This document shows positions 19,105 through 28,293 of a DNA stretch of 64,000 bases, in pieces; within the stretch, counting starts at the first letter, position 1; every line of letters starts with the position of its first letter. The notes beneath the pieces are model-generated. The model was not told the origin of the DNA, did not search any database, and saw only the letters and a program-made list of their open reading frames with translations. Location: positions 672,001-736,000 of the forward strand of contig CALSNU010000001.1 of NCBI GenBank assembly GCA_943787795.1, written 5' to 3'. Both the position numbers and the translations under genes were made by a program. This DNA is from an uncultured bacterium. GTDB lineage: Bacteria > Planctomycetota > UBA1135 > GCA-002686595.

Positions 19105-20417
19105 TGGCGTCACCAAGGGAGCACTCCACCCGGCTGAAGGCGGCGCCCGCGCTGCGCGCTGTCGTCCAGCTGAACCGCGTTGTGGCCGGTCGGGCCCGGC
19201 AGGGTTACGCGGCGCAGGGCATCTGCATGGCCATCTCCACCGCCGCGGTGACCGCTGCCCTGGCCGTGCTGAGCGGGTCGGACCTCGAGCGGCCTGACCT
19301 GCTCGTGCTCGCCCTGATCCTGGGGTCGCTCACCTTCTTCATGTGGCGACGAGAAAACGCCGTCTCGGACGGCGCGGTCGCAGCGCGCGTCGACGGGGAG
19401 CTCGCGCTCCGCGGCGCCTACCTGGCGGCCCACGAGGCCGGGAGGGAGCCCGACCCGTCGTTGATGTCGGAGCTCGGCGCGGAGCGTGTCCTGGCGGGCA
19501 TCTCACGAGGGGAGGTGCTCGAGGTGGCGACGCCTCATACCCTGGCCTTCGTCGGGCTGCCGCTGACCGCGGTGGCGGTTCTTGTCGTTTGTGTGGGGGC
19601 CCGCGAGGAGTCCGGCGGTTCCGGTCAGGGTGATCGAGCCCGGTCCTTCGCGCTCTCATCGGACCTGGCGGCTTTGGCCCGCGACGGCGCCGGGGTGATG
19701 GACGACGCGACCCGCGAGGAACTTGAGCGCGCGGCGGCTTCGGCGGCCTCCGGGGCGACGTCAGGTCGCCGGCGTGACCAGATGCGGGAGGTCGCTGAGG
19801 AGCTGGAGGCTCTCGCGATGGAGGCGCCCCCGGGCTCGGAGCTCGCGGAGGCGCTGGCGAAGGCCGCGGCCACCGCGGAGTCCATGTCCCTCGAACCTGG
19901 GAATCAAGAACCTGGCGCTCCGCCTGAGCGGCAGTCCAGCTCCGCGGAGCGTGACTCCGGTGATCCGCGTGGGGCCAGGAGAGAGGGCGAGGCGGATCGC
20001 CGTCGATTGGAAGGGGCCGATGAGGCAGCGGCGACGTCTGGCGTCGGCCCAGGCGGCCTTGCGCCTTCAGGCGACGACCCCGACCGTCCGGAGAGACCGG
20101 GGCCAGAGTCCACAGGGACGGAGGCCGGCGAGGTGCCGGGCGCTCTGACCGGCGGGGTCAGCCTCGTCGCAGAGGCGTCGGTGACCGAAGAGCCCTCGAC
20201 TCGTACGATCCTCACGCCGCGATGGTGGGATCAGAGAGACGAAGGGCTTGTCTCGCGCTGGGTCGCGCAGCAGCGCGCCGCGGGCGCTCCTGGCGGCTCA
20301 GGGTCCCCAGGGGGCGCTGGGTCTTCAGGCGGCACAGGGGCTCGTGGTGGGGCAGAATCTCCAAACGAAGCCCAGCCCCAAGGCGGCGTAGGAGACCCGA
20401 GCGGCGGCGGGCAATGA
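19104..20417 (+). CDS. Membrane protein with coiled-coil and low-complexity C-terminus, hypothetical
   Basis: Three TM segments then an Ala/Glu helical region and a Gly/Pro tail; its start overlaps the upstream stop (TGATG). Confidence 0.6.
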   Translation: MASPREHSTRLKAAPALRAVVQLNRVVAGRARQGYAAQGICMAISTAAVTAALAVLSGSDLERPDLLVLALILGSLTFFMWRRENAVSDGAVAARVDGELALRGAYLAAHEAGREPDPSLMSELGAERVLAGISRGEVLEVATPHTLAFVGLPLTAVAVLVVCVGAREESGGSGQGDRARSFALSSDLAALARDGAGVMDDATREELERAAASAASGATSGRRRDQMREVAEELEALAMEAPPGSELAEALAKAAATAESMSLEPGNQEPGAPPERQSSSAERDSGDPRGARREGEADRRRLEGADEAAATSGVGPGGLAPSGDDPDRPERPGPESTGTEAGEVPGALTGGVSLVAEASVTEEPSTRTILTPRWWDQRDEGLVSRWVAQQRAAGAPGGSGSPGGAGSSGGTGARGGAESPNEAQPQGGVGDPSGGGQ

Positions 20418-20568
20418 TCCTGCAAATGCCCGTCCAGGGCGGGACGCCAGCCAGGACTTCGTTCACAATCTTCCGCCCAGATCTCCGCTCCGACCTCTGG
20501 CCTGCCTGCCTGCGCTGGATCGGAGCTCGCGCCCTCCTCCCCCTGCGATCTCCCTCGCCGACACGAAC

Positions 20569-21795
20569 GTGACCGACTCGACTGCTGCACCTGGACCCAC
20601 GGGCCTCTGGCTCGTCGGCGCACGCGGAGCGATCTCCACCTGCGTGGCCTACGGCGTCGCCGGCCTTCGTAACGGTCTGGTCTCCCCGGTCGGGCTGCCC
20701 TCGGAGTTCCCTCCGTTGAATGGGTTGCCTCTCGTGCCGCTGGAGGACCTGGTCCTCGGTGGACATGACGTCTGCACCCGGGATCTTTCCTCCTCGGCTG
20801 GCGAGCTCATCCGCGCGGGCATCCTCTCTCAGGAACTCGTGGCGTCCACGACCGCGGAGGCGACGGCCTTCGAGGCCGCCATTCGGCCCGGGGTGCTGGA
20901 CGCCGCTGATACAGGGTTCGCCGACCTGGATGCGCGCGCGGCAGACCTTGGCAGCAAGCCTCCCCGGGAGCAGATCGCCCAGCTCGTAGCTGACCTGGAC
21001 GGGTTCATGGCAGACCACGGGTTGGCGAGGACCGTCGTGGTGCACGTCGCCAGCACCGAGGCGGAGTTCGCGCCTCAGGCCGCCTGGGACTCGCTCGAGG
21101 CCCTCGAGGCCGCGCTCGATGCTGGCGTGGACCAGCCGGCTTCGGTGATCTACGCCTACGCCGCCATCTCCTCTGGCCGTCCCTTCGTCAACTTCACGCC
21201 GAGTATCGGCGCAGGGATTCCCGCCCTCCTCGAGCTCGCCGAGCAGGCTGGGGTCCCGGTGGCTGGGAACGACGGCAAGACCGGCGAGACGCTGCTCAAG
21301 ACGGCGCTCGCGCCGATGTTCAAGGCGCGGGCGCTCAACGTGCTCGCGTGGCAGGGCTACAACATGCTGGGCAACCGGGATGGCGAGGTCCTGAAGGACC
21401 CGGCGCACAAGGCCAAGAAGCTGAAGACCAAGGACGAGGCGCTCCGCTCGATCCTCGAGGGGAGCTCGCCGGACCTCTCGACCCAGGTGGGGATCGACTA
21501 TGTCCCCTCGCTGGGGGACTGGAAGACCGCCATGGACTTCGTCCACTTCGAGGGTTTCCTGGGTGCGAAGATGTCGCTGCAGTTCACCTGGTCTGGCTGC
21601 GACTCGGCCCTTGCTGCGCCCCTGATCATCGACCTGGCTCGCCTCGCAGACCTCGCGAGCCGCCGGGGTGAGGCCGGCGCCCTCGAGCACCTTGCGGGCT
21701 ACTTCAAGGCCCCTCTTGGGGACGCCGTCGATCACGATTTTCACCGCCAGATGGAACTCCTCCATCGCTACGCCAACGACATCGAGCAACGATGA
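20569..21795 (+). CDS. ino1: myo-inositol-1-phosphate synthase
   Basis: FVNFTPS, GNDGKTGETLLK, NMLGNRDG, GDWKTA and DSALAAPLIIDL motifs. Confidence 0.93.
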   Translation: MTDSTAAPGPTGLWLVGARGAISTCVAYGVAGLRNGLVSPVGLPSEFPPLNGLPLVPLEDLVLGGHDVCTRDLSSSAGELIRAGILSQELVASTTAEATAFEAAIRPGVLDAADTGFADLDARAADLGSKPPREQIAQLVADLDGFMADHGLARTVVVHVASTEAEFAPQAAWDSLEALEAALDAGVDQPASVIYAYAAISSGRPFVNFTPSIGAGIPALLELAEQAGVPVAGNDGKTGETLLKTALAPMFKARALNVLAWQGYNMLGNRDGEVLKDPAHKAKKLKTKDEALRSILEGSSPDLSTQVGIDYVPSLGDWKTAMDFVHFEGFLGAKMSLQFTWSGCDSALAAPLIIDLARLADLASRRGEAGALEHLAGYFKAPLGDAVDHDFHRQMELLHRYANDIEQR

Positions 21796-23711
21796 ACCAG
21801 CACGACGCCGCCTCCTTCTCTGCCCTCGTCGACCAGCAGCTTGAGGCCGCCAAGGGGGGGCTCGAGGACCTGCTCGCGCTGCCCTCGGGTGCCAGCGCCG
21901 AGGACGTCTCCAGGACCTTTGATGGCATCGGGCGGGAGGTCGGAGAGGTCTCCGGGCTCGCCGAGCTCTTCTCGTCGGTGCACCCCGACGAGGCGGTGCG
22001 CGAGGCAGCCGAGGTCGCGAGCCAGCGGATCTCAGCGTTCGTGACCGAGCTGAATCTCCACCGCGGCGCGTACGAGCGCTTCGCGGAGCTCGACGTGGAG
22101 GAGGACCTTGCGGCCGACGTGCGGCGCTACGTGCAGCACGCGCTGCGTGACTACCGCCGGAGCGGCGTGGACAAGGATGACGCGACCCGTGAGCGGGTGC
22201 GGGCGCTGCAGGAGGAACTCATCCATGTGGGGCAGGAGTTCGACCGGAACATCATGGCCGGCGGCCGGACGCTTCGCCTCGCCGAGGGGCACGCGGCCCT
22301 CGAAGGACTGCCCGCGGACTTCCTCGCGGCCCACCCCGAGGACGAGGACGGGTCAGTGACCCTGTCGACCGATCCCACGGACTTCCTCCCGGTCATGCTC
22401 TACGCCGACCGGGATGACGTGCGGCGCGACCTCCACAAGGAGTTCAACCTGCGCGCCTTCCCCGAGAACGTCGACGTGCTCAACCGCCTGCTGGCCAAGC
22501 GGCACGAGCTGGCGACCACCCTCGGGTATGACCACTGGGCTCACTGGGCATGTGACGACAAGATGGTGGGCACCGCGCAGGCGGCGCGAGACTTTGCGGA
22601 GCGAGTCTCTGCTCGAGCCAAGCCGGTGGGGGAGGCCGAGTTCGGCGACCTGCTTGAGGAGCTGAGGTCCATCGATCCCTCGGCTGAGCGGGTCGAGGCC
22701 TGGCAGTCGCGCTACCTCGCAGAGCGCGTCAAGCGGCGCAAGCACAGCTTCGACTCCCAGTCGGTCCGGCCCTACTTTGCCTACGACCGGGTGCGGGACG
22801 GCATCCTCTCGACCACGGAGATGCTCTTCGGGGTGCAGATCAAGCGGTCCGACGCGGGCTCTCCCTGGCACGGGTCCGTCGAGTGCTACGACGTCTTCGA
22901 GGGTGATCGACCGGTGGCTCGCTTCTACCTCGACATGTTCCCCAGGGACGGCAAGTTCAAGCACGCCGCGATGTTTCAGATGCGGAGCGGCGTCGAGGGC
23001 GGAGCTCTCCCGGAGGCGGCGCTGGTCTGTAACTTCCCGGCGCCCACGGACAGCGACCCCGCGCTGCTCCTGCATGACCAGGTCACGACCTTCTTCCATG
23101 AAGTCGGTCACTTGCTCCATCACCTGTTCTCCACCCACCGCTTCCATGGCTTCGCCGGGATCGCCTGCGAGTGGGACTTCGTCGAGGTTCCCTCGCAGCT
23201 CTACGAGGAGTGGGGGTGGAGTGCCGGGGTACTGCAGCGCTTCGCGACCCATCACGAGACCGGAGCGCCCATCCCCGAGGCGCTGGTGAACAAGCTCAGA
23301 GCTGCCGAGGAGTTTGGCAAGGGCATGAATGTCATGGGCCAGATGCTCTACGCTCTGTTCGCCCTCACGCTGTACGACCGTGATCCCGCGGGGGTGGACC
23401 CCGGGGAGCTGCTGGGTCAACTGCAGCGGGACCTGACGTTCTTCGAGAAGGTCCCGGGGACCGCGATGCAGTGCGCCTTCGGCCACCTCCACGGCTACTC
23501 GTCGAACTACTACACCTACATGTGGTCCCTGGTGATCTCGAAGGACTTCGCGAGCGAGTTCGGCGGAGACCTCATGAGCCCCGAGAAGGCTCAGCGCTAC
23601 CGGGACACGGTCCTCGGTCAGGGTGGTTCCGATGACGCCGGGGCCATGGCCGCGGCGTTTCTCGGGCGGGAGACCTCCTTCGATGCCTGGGAAGCCTGGT
23701 TGAAGGCCTGA
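21792..23711 (+). CDS. M3 family metallopeptidase (thimet-like oligopeptidase)
   Basis: FHEVGHLLH zinc motif, WDFVEVPSQ, FGHL.GYSSNYYTYMWS. Confidence 0.93.
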   Translation: MNQHDAASFSALVDQQLEAAKGGLEDLLALPSGASAEDVSRTFDGIGREVGEVSGLAELFSSVHPDEAVREAAEVASQRISAFVTELNLHRGAYERFAELDVEEDLAADVRRYVQHALRDYRRSGVDKDDATRERVRALQEELIHVGQEFDRNIMAGGRTLRLAEGHAALEGLPADFLAAHPEDEDGSVTLSTDPTDFLPVMLYADRDDVRRDLHKEFNLRAFPENVDVLNRLLAKRHELATTLGYDHWAHWACDDKMVGTAQAARDFAERVSARAKPVGEAEFGDLLEELRSIDPSAERVEAWQSRYLAERVKRRKHSFDSQSVRPYFAYDRVRDGILSTTEMLFGVQIKRSDAGSPWHGSVECYDVFEGDRPVARFYLDMFPRDGKFKHAAMFQMRSGVEGGALPEAALVCNFPAPTDSDPALLLHDQVTTFFHEVGHLLHHLFSTHRFHGFAGIACEWDFVEVPSQLYEEWGWSAGVLQRFATHHETGAPIPEALVNKLRAAEEFGKGMNVMGQMLYALFALTLYDRDPAGVDPGELLGQLQRDLTFFEKVPGTAMQCAFGHLHGYSSNYYTYMWSLVISKDFASEFGGDLMSPEKAQRYRDTVLGQGGSDDAGAMAAAFLGRETSFDAWEAWLKA

Positions 23712-23906
23712 TCCCTCAGGGGCCGTGCCGTGCGGGGCGGCATCAAGTCGGGCCACCGGGGCAGGTTTTGGGGTGCCGCTAAGTCCTTTTTCGGTGTGGC
23801 CTTGGGTCGCACTCGCCATGCTAGGGGCCGGAGGTGAGTCTGTCGTTCGCAAGAAAATGAGGCACCTGAGCGTCTCCAGACGCATACCTCCTGCGAACAC
23901 GTTGTC

Positions 23907-24257
23907 ATGAGCCCCCTCCACCCCTCCACGGTCCCCCTGTCCGCGCCCCCGTCGGCTCGGGACAGCAGCTTCCGCCTCCTGGCGGTGGTGGGGCTTGTGT
24001 TGATCGGGACGGCCCTGTCCGTGACGGCCTTCCTTGCGAGTGACTCGGTCGTGCGCGCCGCGGCGCCAGAAGAGGTCGAGCCCCCGGTGCTGCAGTACCT
24101 CCCTGAGCCGGAGTCGTTCCGCACGACCTCCCTTATCTGGAGCGGCGCCCGTCCTGGCGCATCCGGCGATGATCTCGGCGACGGGGCCAGCACCGCAAGC
24201 GGGCTCCGCCTTCGCCGGCTGCCGAGGTCCTGGAACCTGGGCGTGGCGCGAGGCTGA
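23907..24257 (+). CDS. Small single-TM hypothetical protein
   Basis: One hydrophobic helix (LLAVVGLVLIGTALSVTAFLA); otherwise unrecognised. Confidence 0.45.
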   Translation: MSPLHPSTVPLSAPPSARDSSFRLLAVVGLVLIGTALSVTAFLASDSVVRAAAPEEVEPPVLQYLPEPESFRTTSLIWSGARPGASGDDLGDGASTASGLRLRRLPRSWNLGVARG

Positions 24258-24330
24258 GTAGCGCGAGGCTGAGTAGCCCGAGGCTGAATAGCTCGAGGCT
24301 GAGCAGCGCGGGACTGAGCCGCGCGAGGCC
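24246..24330. repeat. 15-bp tandem repeat (GCGCGAGGCTGAGTA), about 5.5 degenerate copies
   Basis: Units start at 24246, 24261, 24276, 24291, 24306 and 24321. Confidence 0.85.
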
Positions 24331-24378
24331 CGCTGGTCATCCAACCTGGCCGCTTGCTGCTGTGGGTCCCGGGTGACG

Positions 24379-25053
24379 TCAGATCACCGTGTCGGTCCAG
24401 GCCGAGACCGCCTTGGCGATCTCTTCGAACACGCATTCCGGGTTCCGGCCGCTGCGTTTGAGGACCGCGAACGAGTGGTCTCCACCCTCGACCACGTGGA
24501 GGGTCTGCTGGCCTGCAAAGCGCTCGAGCGCGGGGCGCAACAGGTCGAGGTCCGCCAGCGCGTCGCGTGTGCCTTGCATGAACAGCGTGGGGACCTTGAC
24601 GGCCGGGAAGTGCTCCACCCGCTGCCGCTCCGGCTTGCCTGGCGGGTGGAGTGGATAACCCAAGAGGATCAGGCCATCGAGCGCGGCACCCTCCGCAGCC
24701 AGGAGGCTCGCGATCCTCCCGCCAAGAGACTTCCCGCCGCCGATCAGCGGGAGATCGGGGAAGCGAGCTCGCGCGGCGTCCAGGGCCGCCTGGTGAACGG
24801 CCTCCAGCGCGGGCCGTCGCTCCGGAGGCCGGCGCCCGCCCGTGCGCACCATCAGCTCGGCGTAGGCATAGTTGAACCGCATGACCGCCAGGCCCGCGGC
24901 CCGGGCGATGCTCGGCGCGATCTCCTCGAGGAAGGCGGAGGACATCGGCGCGCCTGAACCGTGGGCGAGGACAAAGGTGGCTCGCGGAGCCTCCTCGGGC
25001 AGATCCCAGATGACCGAGACCTGACGGACCCCTTGATGGGGGACCGTGAGCAT
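24379..25053 (-). CDS. Alpha/beta hydrolase (KANL3/Tex30-like)
   Basis: LAHGSGAPM, GGKSLGGR, LGYPLHPPGK, QGTRD and GGDHSF motifs. Confidence 0.9.
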   Translation of the reverse strand: MLTVPHQGVRQVSVIWDLPEEAPRATFVLAHGSGAPMSSAFLEEIAPSIARAAGLAVMRFNYAYAELMVRTGGRRPPERRPALEAVHQAALDAARARFPDLPLIGGGKSLGGRIASLLAAEGAALDGLILLGYPLHPPGKPERQRVEHFPAVKVPTLFMQGTRDALADLDLLRPALERFAGQQTLHVVEGGDHSFAVLKRSGRNPECVFEEIAKAVSAWTDTVI

Positions 25054-25067
25054 CGCTTCCTCTCTCC

Positions 25068-26174
25068 TCAACTCGCCCCCTCCTCGACGAGGGCCCCGTC
25101 CCGTGAGAGCAGGACCGCGATCCAGCGGGTCGAGCTCACGTTGGCGAGGATCAGGAGGGCGATGTTCGTCATCGGGACGCAGAGGAACGCTCCGGGCACC
25201 CCCCAGAGCATGCTCCACCCCACGAGGGCCGTGATCACGAGGAGCGGGCTCATGTTCAGGCGCCGGCCGAGCAGGTTGGGCTCCACCACGTTGGCGACGA
25301 TCAGCTGCACGCTGGTGATCCCGAGGGCGACGAGGGCGAAGGGACGAAGGGTGTCAAACTGGACCAGGGCGATGCTCGAGGGGAGCAACGTGGCGACGAG
25401 CGAGCCCACGTTGGGGATGAAGTTGAACGCGAAGATCAGCAGCGCCCAGAACTCAGCGAAGTCTAGGCCGACCCAGAGCATGATCCCGTAAGCGGGGAGC
25501 GCGGTGATCAGGCTGACCAGGGACTTCAGCCCCAGGTAGACGCTCACGTCGTGGTCGATCCTCTGCAGGATGCCCACCACCTCAGCGCGCCGTTCGCTGT
25601 CCTGGAAGATGAGCGCCATCTTGCGCTCGAAGAAGGGGCGCTCTAGCAGCAGGAAGAACAGGTAGACCAGAACAACGGAGAGGCTGCCGACCGCGCTCGC
25701 CACGCCCGAGGCGAGCTGAGTCGCGAGGCCTGCGACGTTGAGGTGCTTCAGGAAACGATCCGATAGGTCCGCCGCGCCGGGCTCGATGTCGAGACCCAGC
25801 ACGTTGGCCTCGAACTGGTTGATGAGTTCCGTGAGCCGCGTCTGGTATCCGGGCGCGGCCGCCGCGATGCCCCCGGCGTTGGCTGCGATCAGATTGATGA
25901 TGCTGGCGCCCACAATGGTGAGGAACGCGGCCGACAGAAAGGTCGTCATCACCGGGGGCAGCCTGTGCCCGCCGATGAGGACCCGCCCCCAGACTCGATC
26001 GAGGGCTTGGACGAGGATGAACGCGAAGGCAGCCAGGACCAGCGGCACGAGGAAGGATTTGGCGACCACGATGAGCCAGCCGCCGACGGCGACCGTCAGC
26101 AGCACGGCCGCGGTCTGTCGCGCTCCGCGAGGGCGCTCTCCGAGGATCTCGGCTGCGTCGTCATTCCGTGCCAT
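25068..26174 (-). CDS. AI-2E family transporter
   Basis: Multi-TM; FNFIPNVGS, EPNLLGRRLNMSP, WSMLWGVPGAFLCVP. Confidence 0.92.
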   Translation of the reverse strand: MARNDDAAEILGERPRGARQTAAVLLTVAVGGWLIVVAKSFLVPLVLAAFAFILVQALDRVWGRVLIGGHRLPPVMTTFLSAAFLTIVGASIINLIAANAGGIAAAAPGYQTRLTELINQFEANVLGLDIEPGAADLSDRFLKHLNVAGLATQLASGVASAVGSLSVVLVYLFFLLLERPFFERKMALIFQDSERRAEVVGILQRIDHDVSVYLGLKSLVSLITALPAYGIMLWVGLDFAEFWALLIFAFNFIPNVGSLVATLLPSSIALVQFDTLRPFALVALGITSVQLIVANVVEPNLLGRRLNMSPLLVITALVGWSMLWGVPGAFLCVPMTNIALLILANVSSTRWIAVLLSRDGALVEEGAS

Positions 26175-26302
26175 GGGCCGATACTATCCAACCCTGAGCC
26201 CGTTCCGATGGGGGGACCGGGTCAACGGTGGGGGCGAGCCGGCCGCTGTCCCTCCCGCTGCGAACCGCGTCCGCGGGGCGGTCCCACTCGAACCCTAGAG
26301 CA

Positions 26303-27172
26303 ATGAAGATCCTCTCTGACTTCGACGGCGTCTGGACGGATCAGGAGGGCGAGGCCCGTTTCATCAACGAGAGCTTCACCCTCGAGGTCGCGAGCGACCT
26401 CGGGCTGTCAGCGGAGGACGCCCGCAGTGAATTCGACGGGTTCCTACGGGCTGCCCATGCGGCGCCGGACCGGCACGGCTGGTGGCCGAGAGGCTTCCTC
26501 ACGGCCTTCGTGGACGAGGACGAGCTCCTGGCCACGGGGGCGGTGTGCCGCTACCTGGACGATGGAGGTGACGCGCCTGGTGCCGAGCGATGGCGGGTGG
26601 GGATCCGGCGAGCGGGGTACGGCTCGGCCCACGAGTACGGCTCCGAGAAGTTCGGGCCGGCCATGCGGACCTACCTTCGAGACCACGGCCACGGGCTCGT
26701 GGAAGGGGCGCGTGGGCTCTGCCGGCGCCTGCGGGACGCGCGTGTCGAGCTCGTGATTGTCTCCAACTCGCCGACCTCCAAGCTTCGCAAGCTCTTCAAC
26801 GACGCGGGCATCGAGGAGAGCGAGGGGCTACGCCTTGTCGGTGACGCGAGGAAGTGGTGGATCGAGAACGACGAACCTCGCGCCGAGTTTTCCGGCCGCA
26901 GCGTACACCTCGACCGACCCCACTACCGCCAGATCCTCACCCGGGAGCAGCCAGACCTCGTGATCGGTGACGTCGCCTCCCTGGACCTCGCGATGCCCGC
27001 GGCCATGCGCCGGGAGGGAGCGCTCCAACCCTCGACGCAGCTCGTTCTCCGGCAGAGCCCGAACTCCGCGGCCTGGGCGGTGGGGCAGATCGCCCTCGAT
27101 CCGTCCGAGCGGCTCGTCGACCGCTGCGTCTCGTCGGTCGTCGAGCTTGAGGACCTGGTGAAGGGCCCCTGA
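26303..27172 (+). CDS. HAD-superfamily hydrolase
   Basis: Motif I SDFDGVWT, motif II VSNS, motif IV IGDVASLD. Confidence 0.75.
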   Translation: MKILSDFDGVWTDQEGEARFINESFTLEVASDLGLSAEDARSEFDGFLRAAHAAPDRHGWWPRGFLTAFVDEDELLATGAVCRYLDDGGDAPGAERWRVGIRRAGYGSAHEYGSEKFGPAMRTYLRDHGHGLVEGARGLCRRLRDARVELVIVSNSPTSKLRKLFNDAGIEESEGLRLVGDARKWWIENDEPRAEFSGRSVHLDRPHYRQILTREQPDLVIGDVASLDLAMPAAMRREGALQPSTQLVLRQSPNSAAWAVGQIALDPSERLVDRCVSSVVELEDLVKGP

Positions 27173-27211
27173 GCCGAGGAGCGACGCGCCTGGATCCGGC
27201 GGTGCGCTCGC

Positions 27212-27709
27212 GTGTCGCCGGGACTAGGCTCCATGATGATGGCACGACGCGGCGCAGGAGAGGGCGGGCTCGGGGCGCGGGCGGGCTGCCTCGGAGACCA
27301 GCATGTTGGCGGGGCAGACCGAACCAGGGGGCCAGCACAGCGGCCATTCCAGCGGCCAGCCAAGCGGCTATCCGAGCGGCCGTCCGAGCGGCCAGCCCAG
27401 CGGCGGGTCCAGCGCCAGCAGTTGGAAGCGGTCTGGTGCCGCCCAAGCCCGCCGTCCTGCGAAGCTCCCGTTGGAGCGCCAAGGGGCGCGGAGCGAACGG
27501 GGGCCTGGGTGATCCTGAACGACCTTGCGCGCCACGCGCGTGCTGATCGCTCCGTGTTGGCCCCCCCCGGCGGCTGCGTCCCCCTCCGTGCCTTGATGCA
27601 CGTGGGGCAGGGGGTGCTCGACCACGGTCTGCGGCGACCGGGCGAGGGCGCCTCCGGTGCCGCCGCTGGCGTGCGACGTCTCGTGACCCTCAGAGAGGAG
27701 CGCGGATGA
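27212..27709 (+). CDS. Possible hypothetical protein
   Basis: Fills the gap and its stop overlaps the mpg start (ATGA), but the sequence is low-complexity and unrecognised. Confidence 0.25.
   Translation: MSPGLGSMMMARRGAGEGGLGARAGCLGDQHVGGADRTRGPAQRPFQRPAKRLSERPSERPAQRRVQRQQLEAVWCRPSPPSCEAPVGAPRGAERTGAWVILNDLARHARADRSVLAPPGGCVPLRALMHVGQGVLDHGLRRPGEGASGAAAGVRRLVTLREERG
27338..27419. repeat. 12-bp degenerate tandem repeat (nAGCGGCnnnnC), about 7 copies
   Basis: cagcggccattc cagcggccagcc aagcggctatcc gagcggccgtcc gagcggccagcc cagcggcgggtc cagcgccagc. Confidence 0.7.
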
Positions 27710-28284
27710 CCTTCCCCCTGGACGTGCTCGCCTCAGGCGCTGAGGTCGCGGCGCCGCGACTCATCGGAGCGACCCTGGAGTCACGGCTGGGTGGGGTGAT
27801 CACGAGGGGAAGGATCGTCGAGACCGAGGCCTACCTGCCGGAGGGAGACGGAGCGTCCCACTCCGCCGTGGGCGAGACGGCTCGCAACGGGGCGATGTTC
27901 ATGGAGGCTGGCCGGGCCTACGTGTACCTGATCTACGGGATCCACCTGTGCTTCAACGTCGTGACGGGGGCGCAGGGCGCGGGTGAAGCGGTGCTCATTC
28001 GGGCCTTGGAGCCGCTTGAAGGCGAGGATCAGATGAGGGCTCGACGCGGCTCGAAGGCCCGCGCCCGGGATCTGGCCCGTGGCCCGGGGCGGTTGACCCG
28101 CGCCATGGGGATCACGAGAGAGCACGACCGGGTCGAGCTGCTCGGGGGTGGATCGCTGCGTCTGCTGGACCGGTCGATCGACTGGAGCGCGGAACCGCTG
28201 GAGGTGGGTCCAAGGGTCGGGATCACGAAGAGCCCCGACCTGCCGCTGCGCTTCCGGCTCCGCGGGTCGCGCTGGACCTCTTGA
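27706..28284 (+). CDS. mpg: DNA-3-methyladenine glycosylase (MPG/AAG family)
   Basis: IVETEAY, YVYLIYGIHLCFNVV, AVLIRALEP, GPGRL and RVGI motifs. Confidence 0.95.
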   Translation: MTFPLDVLASGAEVAAPRLIGATLESRLGGVITRGRIVETEAYLPEGDGASHSAVGETARNGAMFMEAGRAYVYLIYGIHLCFNVVTGAQGAGEAVLIRALEPLEGEDQMRARRGSKARARDLARGPGRLTRAMGITREHDRVELLGGGSLRLLDRSIDWSAEPLEVGPRVGITKSPDLPLRFRLRGSRWTS

Positions 28285-28293
28285 CCGGCGGGC

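Noticed and set aside
24255..24320. Selenocysteine or TGA read-through in the stacked-stop repeat
   Set aside because: There is no SECIS-like hairpin or redox motif, and TGA is the normal stop throughout the window.
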